DNA from: Archaeoglobaceae archaeon
GTDB lineage: Archaea; Halobacteriota; Archaeoglobi; Archaeoglobales; Archaeoglobaceae
Length of the DNA stretch: 64,000 bases
Reading direction: 5' to 3'
Assembly: GCA_038731605.1 (NCBI GenBank)
Contig: JAVYQP010000005.1
Span: forward strand, 16,039-80,038
Part shown: in pieces, positions 56,594-64,000 of the stretch
Layout of the letters: each line of letters begins with the position of its first letter
How positions within the stretch are numbered: position 1 is the first letter of the stretch
Notes under the pieces: model-generated
What the model was told of the DNA's origin: nothing
The model's input: only the letters and a program-made list of their open reading frames with translations
The model's database searches: none
Made by a program: the position numbers and the translations under genes

Positions 56594-58565
56594 AATATAC
56601 TTGATAGCACAGCCAAACTCTGGAAAAACGACGCTTTTTAACCAGCTCACGTGCGAAAACTGTTACGTTGCAAACTGGCCCGGGAAAACGGTGGAAACCT
56701 TCAACGCAAGGATCGTGCATCACGGAAAGGAGATCGAAATCGTAGATCTCCCGGGAATAAACAGCTTCAGAACCCTCAGCAAGGAGGAGGAGTTGACCAA
56801 AGAGGTTATCTTTGGAAAAGATGGTGTAGCGGTTGTTTTGGTCAACGGGGAATCTCTATACAGGTCTTTTTACTTTGCGGTTCAAGTTCTCGAGCTTAGG
56901 GAGAACGCAATTCTCGCAATAAACAAGCTCGACTATCTCGAAAGGAAAGGTATTCACGTGAACGCAGAGATCTTGAGCAAGAAGCTTGGCACAGAAGTCA
57001 TACTGCTCAGCGCTCTGCGTAGAATTGGAATAAATCAGTTACTTGACAGATCGATAGACTACTTGGAAAACAGATCCAAGAGGAGGCTCAAGATCGATTA
57101 CGGAGTTCTCGAGACCTTTATTGAAAAGGCAGAGAAGATAACGGGCGATCGAGCCCTTGCACTCAGAGCAATCGAGGGTGACGAGTTCGTTTTGTCCTCT
57201 CTCCCAGCGGAGAAAAAGGCTGAAATCGAAAAGATCGTTGCGGAAATCTCGAAGAACTACGGAAACCCAGAGGAGATAATCGCCATGCGTAGGTATAGAT
57301 TCGTCGAAGAAGTTCTGAGCTCTGCGGTGAAGGAAGTCAAAGTCGCTGAAGAGCCCTTCGGAAAAACGATCGATAGGGTATTTTTCAGCAAGTTCGGGGC
57401 TCTTTTATCCCTTCTAATCTTATTCTTTGCTTTATTCGTTTCTTTCTCCATAAACACGGGCTTTCCTCTGAACCTAATACTGCGCTCGATTGGTTACGAG
57501 GAGCTTGCGGAGATCGTCGAAACTTACAGTTTAGTGGAACTGATATCCACAGCTTTTGATCGAATCTCGCAATTTTTGGACGAGAACATTCCGGACTCGA
57601 TACTCAAGGATCTTCTCGTCGGCGGAATTATTCCGGGAATTGGAGCGGTCGCTTCCTTTTTCCCCCTGATCATCGTTTTGAACTACGTAATGTCGCTCAT
57701 CGAAGACAGTGGTGTGATGGCGAGAATCGCAGTGTCGATGGATCGATTTTTTGCGATTTTTGGCTTAACGGGGAAGTCTGTTTTTCCGTTCAGCATAAGC
57801 TTAGCCTGCAACGTTCCGGGAATTGCGACGACGAGAATACTTGAAACCGATTCGGAAAGGATAAGAGTTGCTTTAGCCTCGCCATTCGTGATTTGCCAAG
57901 CAAGGCTACTTGTGATCGTTCTGTTCGTAACCGCTTTGTTGATTTCGCCAATTCTCCAAAGCCTGACGATAATCGCTGTCTACGTTCTCTCGGTCTTCCT
58001 CTTCATACTTACGACGATGGCTTACCGCAGAGTTGTTAAAAAGGAGCCTTCAGAACTGCTCATCGAGCTCCCCCCTTACCACTTCCCCAGCCTGAAGGTG
58101 AGTTGGTGGATAACTTGGGCGAGGAGCAAGGCGTTCATAGTGAAGGTTGGGAAACTGCTTCTAACGTTCTCCGTTGTCATGTGGCTTCTCGACTACGCTG
58201 GGATTACAAAGCTCATCGGCGCAATCATCGCAAAAGCCTTCGTGCCCTTCGGCTTTGAAAGTCCCGAGTTTGGCTTCGCAATCCTCGTGGGATTTCTTGC
58301 TAAGGAACTGATAATTTCAGCCCTTGCAGTCTCGTTCGGAACTTCGAATCCTTCAGAAATCCTTTCCCAGCTCGCTTTAACCCCTGAGCAAGCGATAGCG
58401 ATCATAATCTTTATAGCCTTCTACACGCCCTGTGTTGCAACGCTTTCTGCGATTTACGCAGAGATAAGGGATCGTAAGCTCCTACTCCTCTCGATCGCCT
58501 TCCAGATCTTGGTGGCATACTTCGTTGCTTTGATCAGCTATATTGTCCTTAGCCTTTTGCTTTAA
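56586..58565 (+). CDS. feoB: Ferrous iron transport protein B
   Basis: N-terminal G domain (AQPNSGKTTLFN, DLPG, NKLD) followed by a large polytopic membrane domain. Confidence 0.9.
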   Translation: MDRIYLIAQPNSGKTTLFNQLTCENCYVANWPGKTVETFNARIVHHGKEIEIVDLPGINSFRTLSKEEELTKEVIFGKDGVAVVLVNGESLYRSFYFAVQVLELRENAILAINKLDYLERKGIHVNAEILSKKLGTEVILLSALRRIGINQLLDRSIDYLENRSKRRLKIDYGVLETFIEKAEKITGDRALALRAIEGDEFVLSSLPAEKKAEIEKIVAEISKNYGNPEEIIAMRRYRFVEEVLSSAVKEVKVAEEPFGKTIDRVFFSKFGALLSLLILFFALFVSFSINTGFPLNLILRSIGYEELAEIVETYSLVELISTAFDRISQFLDENIPDSILKDLLVGGIIPGIGAVASFFPLIIVLNYVMSLIEDSGVMARIAVSMDRFFAIFGLTGKSVFPFSISLACNVPGIATTRILETDSERIRVALASPFVICQARLLVIVLFVTALLISPILQSLTIIAVYVLSVFLFILTTMAYRRVVKKEPSELLIELPPYHFPSLKVSWWITWARSKAFIVKVGKLLLTFSVVMWLLDYAGITKLIGAIIAKAFVPFGFESPEFGFAILVGFLAKELIISALAVSFGTSNPSEILSQLALTPEQAIAIIIFIAFYTPCVATLSAIYAEIRDRKLLLLSIAFQILVAYFVALISYIVLSLLL

Positions 58566-59158
58566 AAATCCAGGAGGCTTTTTTGCCTTCTCTTAAACAA
58601 GGACGCAAGCCTTCTGAAACTCTCCTCGTATTCGTTTCTGAGCTGTGGCTTGTAGAGGATCGCAGCTGGATGATATAGCGGAACTATCTTCACACTTTTT
58701 CCCCAGGCTGAAACCTCGAAAACCTTCCCCTGCACTTTCGTGATCGAAGAAAAGTTGAGCCCAAAGGTCTCGAATATGAACTTCGCAGAGTGTCTGCCGA
58801 GGCAAACTATCACGTTGGGCTTCACAACTTCGAGCTGTCTGAGCAAGTAACTCCCGCATGCGTTCACTTCTTCTGGCAGTGGATCCCTGTTGTTCGGCGG
58901 TCTGCACTTTAGGACGTTGGTGATGAAAACATCTTCTCTGCTCAATCCCATGAGCGAGATCATCTCTGTCAGCAGTTTTCCTGCGTTTCCGACGAACGGC
59001 TCTCCTTTGATGTCTTCTTCTCTCCCTGGAGCTTCTCCAACGAAAAACACTTCAGCTCTCTCGTTTCCGGTGCCCGGAACGAAGTTCGTCTTTGTTTTGT
59101 GGAGCTCGCACCTCGTGCATCGCAGTATCTCTTCTCTGATGCCCTCGAGGGTTTCCAT
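58562..59158 (-). CDS. udg: Uracil-DNA glycosylase, family 4
   Basis: CxxC near the N-terminus (CTRCELH), GEAPGREED, and the HPAAILY motif. Confidence 0.8.
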   Translation of the reverse strand: METLEGIREEILRCTRCELHKTKTNFVPGTGNERAEVFFVGEAPGREEDIKGEPFVGNAGKLLTEMISLMGLSREDVFITNVLKCRPPNNRDPLPEEVNACGSYLLRQLEVVKPNVIVCLGRHSAKFIFETFGLNFSSITKVQGKVFEVSAWGKSVKIVPLYHPAAILYKPQLRNEYEESFRRLASLFKRRQKSLLDF

Positions 59159-59233
59159 GCGACAAGTTCACGAGGGTTTTTAAGTTTTGATCCTTGGGCA
59201 AACCAAGATATAACCAGAGTTAAACTCTATCGC

Positions 59234-59758
59234 ATGGGCGAGGAGTTCTTGAGAATTATAAAGACACGCAGAAGCATAAGGAGGTATTCTGGGAAGGAGA
59301 TCTCGGAAGGGGAGATAAGGAAGATCCTCGAATGCGCAATGCAAGCACCCTCTGCTGGGAACGAACAGCCGTGGCACTTCATCGTTGTCAGAGACAAAGC
59401 CAAGCTGAGGGAATTGAGCGAAATCCATCCTTATGGCAAGATGCTTTCAGAAGCTTCAGCTGCGATCGTTGTGTGTTGCGATCCAAAGCTCTCGAAATAC
59501 GGTCTGCCGATGTGGATCCAAGACTGCAGTGCGTCAACGCAAAACATATTGCTCGCCGCAAGAGCCCTTGGCATAGGCTCGTGCTGGCTTGGAGTTTACC
59601 CGAACGAGTCGAGGATGAAGCCAATCGCAAAAGCCCTTGGAGTTCCAGATGACATAGTTGTCTTCAGCGTTGTCTCGCTCGGCTACCCGAGGAGCGAAGA
59701 CGAGTTCTTCGAGGCGGAGAGGTTTAAAGAAGATAGAATCCACTACGAGAGATGGTGA
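59234..59758 (+). CDS. Nitroreductase family protein
   Basis: IIKTRRSIRRYS and APSAGNEQPW. Start moved to the ATG at 59234 to avoid overlap with udg. Confidence 0.75.
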   Translation: MGEEFLRIIKTRRSIRRYSGKEISEGEIRKILECAMQAPSAGNEQPWHFIVVRDKAKLRELSEIHPYGKMLSEASAAIVVCCDPKLSKYGLPMWIQDCSASTQNILLAARALGIGSCWLGVYPNESRMKPIAKALGVPDDIVVFSVVSLGYPRSEDEFFEAERFKEDRIHYERW

Positions 59759-60885
59759 AGGAAGCGCTCAAGCCTTCGCAGAAACTCCGAGATTCTCTCC
59801 CTCGACGTTGCGTAGCTTAAGCGAACCCAGTTCCTAAAAGACACGCCGAAAGCCGAGCCTGGAGTTAGTGCGACAAACTCCTTCTTTAAGAACTCTTCGC
59901 AGAACTCGTCGCTGTCCCTTCCGACGTTCATGAAGATGTAAAACGCACCCTTCGGCGGAGCATAGCGAATCCCGAGCTCGTCGAGCTTCTCCATGATCAT
60001 GTCTCTCCTTGCCCTGAACTCGGAGACCATTTGTTTTAGGAAACTATCATCACTTTTTAAAGCCTCGATTGCTGCGTATTGAACGAATGAAGTCGGATGG
60101 CTCACGGAATGCGATTGAATTATGTTCATCTTCTCTATTATCCACTTCGGCGCAACAGCGTAGCCAATTCTCCATCCGGTCATCGAGTATGTTTTCGAGA
60201 ATCCGTTTATCGTTATCGTTCTCTCGAACATACCATCGAAGCTCGCAAGGCTGTAATGTTTGCCTTCGAAGATGATCTTCTCGTAGATCTCATCGGACAT
60301 GACGAAGATATCCCTCTCAACCGCAATGTCCCGGATCTTCTTCAGGAATTCCTTGCTGTAAACTACGCCGAGCGGGTTGCTCGGGGTGTTGACTACGATC
60401 ATCCTCGTTCTTGGGGTTACGTAATCCTCGATTGGAGCGTCGTTGAAGTCTTCGGTGTGTGGAACCCAAACTACTTTCCCGCCAGCCATAAGGACGCAGG
60501 CTTCGTAGCTAACCCAAGAGGGGTCTAAGAGAATAACCTCGTCGCCCTCATCGATCAGAGCCATGATTGCTTCGTAGATCGCAAACTTTGCCCCAGGGGT
60601 TACGATTACGTTGTCTGCGGTTGCATCAATGCCGTTCTCTCTCCTCATCTTCTCAGCGATCGCATTCAAAAGCTCTGGCACACCTTTTGTTGGGGTGTAG
60701 AAGACTTTACCCTCGCTCATAGCCTTGTATGCGGAGTCTATTATCCTTTGTGGGGTCTTGAAGTCTGGCTCTCCAACGCTCATGTCTACGACATCCTTGC
60801 CTTCCTTTGCAAGATTTTTTGCGATCGAGGAAATCCTAAGAGTCGCAGAGGGCTTTACGGATTCAACTCTTCTTGCCACCCTCAT
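59743..60885 (-). CDS. Class I/II pyridoxal-phosphate-dependent aminotransferase (aspartate aminotransferase-like)
   Basis: [16 protein letters not shown] (PLP-Lys motif), NTPSNPLG. Confidence 0.85.
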   Translation of the reverse strand: MRVARRVESVKPSATLRISSIAKNLAKEGKDVVDMSVGEPDFKTPQRIIDSAYKAMSEGKVFYTPTKGVPELLNAIAEKMRRENGIDATADNVIVTPGAKFAIYEAIMALIDEGDEVILLDPSWVSYEACVLMAGGKVVWVPHTEDFNDAPIEDYVTPRTRMIVVNTPSNPLGVVYSKEFLKKIRDIAVERDIFVMSDEIYEKIIFEGKHYSLASFDGMFERTITINGFSKTYSMTGWRIGYAVAPKWIIEKMNIIQSHSVSHPTSFVQYAAIEALKSDDSFLKQMVSEFRARRDMIMEKLDELGIRYAPPKGAFYIFMNVGRDSDEFCEEFLKKEFVALTPGSAFGVSFRNWVRLSYATSRERISEFLRRLERFLHHLS

Positions 60886-61297
60886 ACTCTCTGAGCCTCT
60901 TTACAAGCTTCACTGCCGCCTCGACTGCACGCTTTGCATAATCGACTCGCTCAGCAGCGGCGATCCTTCCCATTCCGGGACCGCTGATTCCCAACGTCAC
61001 AGGTTTCCCATACTCGATGCTGAGATCCATGATCTTCCTCGCAGAGTGTTGTGCAACGATCTCGTCGTGCTCTGTTTCGCCCTCGATCACGCAACCGATC
61101 GCAACAACAGCGTCGACGTTGCCCTTTTCCAACATTTTCTTCACCGCAATTGGGATGTCAAAGGTTCCCGGGACTCGGATCGTTTCGCTGACTTCAGCTC
61201 CAAGGAATTCCGCATGCTCTCTTGCAAGGATCTCCATCATGTATGTTATGTCCCTGTTGAACTCCGAAACGACAAAGCCCAACTTTATCTTTTCCAT
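60863..61297 (-). CDS. ribH: 6,7-dimethyl-8-ribityllumazine synthase
   Basis: [34 protein letters not shown]. Confidence 0.8.
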   Translation of the reverse strand: MEKIKLGFVVSEFNRDITYMMEILAREHAEFLGAEVSETIRVPGTFDIPIAVKKMLEKGNVDAVVAIGCVIEGETEHDEIVAQHSARKIMDLSIEYGKPVTLGISGPGMGRIAAAERVDYAKRAVEAAVKLVKRLREYEGGKKS

Positions 61298-61345
61298 GCA
61301 ACACGATCACCTAAGCTTTTTAATACTTCTCGTCAAGTTGTCTCG

Positions 61346-61678
61346 ATGAAACTCGAGAACCTTTGCTGGGAAGATAAGGGAGTCTATAGGGTTGCGAAGG
61401 GCTTTGAGCTGTCGAAAGATTGCTTTACGCAGATCGTGGAGGTGAAGCCGAAGAAAGAGGTGGGTAAGCACTACCACGAGAAGCAGACGGAGATCTTTGC
61501 AATTTTAAGCGGTGAAGCGATCTTCGGCATCGGAGACAAGGTTTACAACGCAAGGACTGGCGATATCTTCATTTGTAAACCGAAAGAGAGACACTGGGTC
61601 AAGAACTATAGCAACGAGCCCTTTAGGATCTTGGTTTTTAAATACAACTACGCAGAAAACGACATCTTCTGGGAATGA
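61346..61678 (+). CDS. Cupin-domain protein (110 aa)
   Basis: GKHYHEKQTEIFAILSGEA...GDIFICKPKERHWV is a cupin two-motif pattern. Only the 3' third of track ORF 60725-61678 is plausible coding. Confidence 0.65.
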   Translation: MKLENLCWEDKGVYRVAKGFELSKDCFTQIVEVKPKKEVGKHYHEKQTEIFAILSGEAIFGIGDKVYNARTGDIFICKPKERHWVKNYSNEPFRILVFKYNYAENDIFWE

Positions 61679-62709
61679 GCTCGGAAGAGTTTCTCAAGGT
61701 TCTGATCTCGAGCATTGCAGATCTCATCGTAACCGTTGATAGAGATGGGAGGATTATCTACGCAAGTCCTCAGGCTTTGAGGGTAGTCGGGATCGAAGCC
61801 AGCAAACTCCTTGGAGAAAACGTGTGGAAGATACCAACTTTGAAGGATCCCGGGAGAATGGAGGAATTCTTCATAAAACTGAGGCTCGGGAAATTCTCTA
61901 AGAGGGGAGAAATTGCGGAAATTCAGCGGGAAAATGAAACTACTTATCTGCAAATCTACGCAACCCCGCTCAGCGACCTTTCTGGTTTTGTCCTCGTTTT
62001 TCGCGATGTTACGCCATTGGTTGATGCATATCGGAAAATAGAGGAGTTAAACGAAGTTCTTAGGCTGATGAACAAAATTTTACGCCACGATGTGCTAAAC
62101 AAGCTTGCAATCGCTCGCGGTTACCTTGAGATCTCGCTCGAAACCCTTGAGAAAGAAAAGACCGAAAAAGCGCTCAAAGCCATTGATAATGCGGTCGAGA
62201 TAATCGGCAGAACGAGGGATCTCGAAAGATCTCTCGTAGAGAGTGAGGTTAAGGCTGTAGACTTGAGGAAAGTCGTTGAAGAGGTTTCAGAGAACGTTCG
62301 AAAGCTTGGAGTGGATGTTGAAATCGAGGGCGATGCGATAGTTTTCGCAGACAACGCAATTTATTCGGTGGTCGACAACGTAATGAGCAACGCTGTAAAG
62401 CACGGTGAGGCTACGAGGATAAACGTGAAAATCGAGAAAGAAGGTGAGTTTTGCAAGCTCACAATCGCTGACAATGGGAAAGGTTTGCCCATGCAGTTCG
62501 CAGACAAGCTTTTCACAGAGGGCTTTAGCTATGGGAAAAGCGCTGGCAGTGGGCTTGGGCTTTACATCGTGAAGAGGGTCGTGCAGAGATACGGCGGGAG
62601 TGTTAAGGCTTACAACAAAGGGGGAGCGGTCTTTGAGATTTTTCTAAGAACACCAAAAACCCCAACTCAAAGAAATAACAAGCCAGGGCCCGGATTTGAA
62701 CCGGGGTAA
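61675..62709 (+). CDS. PAS-domain sensor histidine kinase
   Basis: N-terminal PAS-like region, H-box LRHDVLNKL, N-box NVMSNAVKHG, G-boxes DNGKGLP and GSGLGLYIV. ATGA overlap with the cupin gene. Confidence 0.75.
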   Translation: MSSEEFLKVLISSIADLIVTVDRDGRIIYASPQALRVVGIEASKLLGENVWKIPTLKDPGRMEEFFIKLRLGKFSKRGEIAEIQRENETTYLQIYATPLSDLSGFVLVFRDVTPLVDAYRKIEELNEVLRLMNKILRHDVLNKLAIARGYLEISLETLEKEKTEKALKAIDNAVEIIGRTRDLERSLVESEVKAVDLRKVVEEVSENVRKLGVDVEIEGDAIVFADNAIYSVVDNVMSNAVKHGEATRINVKIEKEGEFCKLTIADNGKGLPMQFADKLFTEGFSYGKSAGSGLGLYIVKRVVQRYGGSVKAYNKGGAVFEIFLRTPKTPTQRNNKPGPGFEPG

Positions 62710-62752
62710 GCGGATCTGCAGTCCGCCGCATTTGCCCCTCTGCCACCCTGGC
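62681..62752 (-). tRNA. tRNA-Cys (anticodon GCA)
   Basis: Manual fold of the reverse complement. Acceptor is GCCAGGG/CCCTGGC. Anticodon stem is GCGGA/TCCGC with loop CTGCAGA. T arm is CCCGG-TTCAAAT-CCGGG. The discriminator is U, as expected for tRNA-Cys. Confidence 0.85.
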
Positions 62753-62828
62753 TCAACTCTTCTTCGCCTTAAAATTTAAAAAACTTTTGGTTTGGTAAGG
62801 GATTTTAAGCCAAGCACAGCTAAGGTTT

Positions 62829-63746
62829 GTGGACGCTGTGAAGTGCGATGACGTTTGGATGATCTACAGATCTCTTTTCTCTAAAAAAGTAGCCCTCAAA
62901 GGAGTCAACCTTAGAATTCCGAAAGGAGAAATATTCGGACTCCTCGGACCAAACGGCGCTGGCAAGACGACGTTGGTTTCGATAATGGCGACACTGCTGA
63001 GACAGACGAGAGGAGAAGTAGAAGTGCTCGGGCTCGACTCGCTGAAAGATGCAAAGGAGATTCGGAAGAGGATAAACATCGCAAGCGGGAACCCAAATTT
63101 GATCTGGAGCCTCACAGTTTACGAAAACCTTCGCTACTACGCAATGCTCTACGGAATCAGGGATCGAAGGATCGTTGAAAATCTGATAAAGGACTTCGAG
63201 CTCGAGGAGTTTAGGAACGTGGAGTTCAACAGGCTGTCGACGGGGAACAAGCAGAAACTAATTCTTGCGAGAGCCTTTATAAACGATCCAGAGCTCGTTT
63301 TTCTCGACGAGCCAACAAAAGGACTCGATCCGCCAATCGCAAGGAGACTGAGGGAGAAGATACTCACAATGCAAAGGGAGAGGGGAATAACGGTCGTTCT
63401 TACGACGCACTACATGAGCGAAGCTGAGATGCTCTGCAAGAAAATAGCGTTCATAAACCACGGCGAAATAGTTGCGGAGGGGACGAAGGAAGAACTCAAG
63501 CAGATGCTCAGGATGAGGGACAAGATAACGATCGACGTCGACGCAGAAATCCCGGAGCAGAAGTTTCGAAACTTTGAAGGTGTTTTTATGGTGGAGAGAG
63601 ATGGAAAAAGCTACACATTTTACGTGGACAGCGTTGAAAAGAGGCTTTGGGACATCGCAAAGGAAGTTGCGAACTACGGAAGGATTAGGAATGTAACGGT
63701 GAGAGAAGTCGACCTGGAGGATGTCTTCAATGAGCTTGCAAAGTGA
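62829..63746 (+). CDS. ABC transporter ATP-binding protein (ABC-2/DrrA-like)
   Basis: GPNGAGKTT, LSTGNKQKL, LVFLDEPTKGLD. GTG start. Confidence 0.85.
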   Translation: MDAVKCDDVWMIYRSLFSKKVALKGVNLRIPKGEIFGLLGPNGAGKTTLVSIMATLLRQTRGEVEVLGLDSLKDAKEIRKRINIASGNPNLIWSLTVYENLRYYAMLYGIRDRRIVENLIKDFELEEFRNVEFNRLSTGNKQKLILARAFINDPELVFLDEPTKGLDPPIARRLREKILTMQRERGITVVLTTHYMSEAEMLCKKIAFINHGEIVAEGTKEELKQMLRMRDKITIDVDAEIPEQKFRNFEGVFMVERDGKSYTFYVDSVEKRLWDIAKEVANYGRIRNVTVREVDLEDVFNELAK

Positions 63747-64000
63747 AATCTACAAGACGCTCGGATTCACGTATCGAAACTTCATAATCACGAAGAGGAA
63801 CTTCTTCACGATCTTCGAGACCCTTTTTTGGCCAGTCATAGGGCTTATCTCAGTTGGACTAATGGGCGCATATCTCGAGCTCAGCGAGGAACAGTTTGCA
63901 TTCATTCTCATCGGTGCTGTAACCCTAAGCGTCCTCCAAGTCTCGCAACTCGACGTCGCTTACGTTTTACTCTTTGACATCTGGAGCAAGAGCGTTCGCT
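63730..64000 (+). CDS. ABC-2 type transporter permease, N-terminal portion (3' end outside the window)
   Basis: From the ATG at 63730 the frame reads MSLQSEIYKTLGFTYRNFIITKRNFFTIFETLFWPVIG... and stays open to the window end. It overlaps the ATPase gene by 17 nt. Confidence 0.6.
   Translation, partial: MSLQSEIYKTLGFTYRNFIITKRNFFTIFETLFWPVIGLISVGLMGAYLELSEEQFAFILIGAVTLSVLQVSQLDVAYVLLFDIWSKSVR

Noticed and set aside
59099-59233. 45-aa N-terminal extension of the nitroreductase ORF
   Set aside because: It overlaps the udg 5' end on the opposite strand. The conserved nitroreductase N-terminus (IIKTRRSIRRY) starts right after the ATG at 59234.
60725-61345. 5' two-thirds of the 317-aa plus-strand ORF 60725-61678
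   Set aside because: This part is antisense to the aminotransferase and ribH genes. Only the portion from the ATG at 61346 (cupin motifs) is credible coding sequence.

Overview
The window looks like a chromosomal segment from a hyperthermophilic euryarchaeon of the Archaeoglobus type. I infer this from gene content: F420-dependent methylene-H4MPT dehydrogenase (Mtd), TiaS, Taw1, pyruvoyl arginine decarboxylase, deoxyhypusine synthase, small CbiX, RpoK-enolase-uS2, archaeal RPA, and TATA boxes about 25 nt upstream of leaderless starts. Coding density is very high and many start/stop codons overlap.

Most of the window is housekeeping:
- aromatic amino acid, thiamine and riboflavin biosynthesis
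- tRNA modification
- an anaerobic cobalamin (cbi) cluster with a divergent CbiMNQO cobalt importer
- homocysteine biosynthesis (COG1900 plus NIL-ferredoxin)
- FeoAB
- three tRNAs: Lys-CUU, Pro-CGG, Cys-GCA

I saw no CRISPR array, cas operon, transposase, integrase or recognisable defence system.

Two accessory-looking blocks are the best candidates for uncharacterised cell-surface systems:
1. An operon at 9927-18389 encodes a 2076-aa heavily sequon-rich surface megaprotein, a small polytopic membrane protein, and an extracytoplasmic Lon-type (S16) protease with a PGF-CTERM-like tail.
2. A six-gene operon at 21597-27412 encodes proteins with class III (type IV pilin-like) signal peptides. One is a 944-aa protein whose vWA domain appears to be interrupted by a roughly 280-aa insertion. 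No assembly ATPase, platform protein or prepilin peptidase lies nearby.

Smaller oddities:
- a Cas4-like nuclease split over two ORFs
- a truncated, apparently non-catalytic cis-prenyltransferase homologue
- an in-frame CbiO-CbiT fusion that keeps an internal RBS
- a DtxR/IdeR-like palindrome on the feoA start
- a tRNA-Pro fragment in the spacer after tRNA-Lys
- a 440-bp AT-rich ORF-free spacer

All functional calls come from reading motifs in the translated ORFs by eye. No database search was run.
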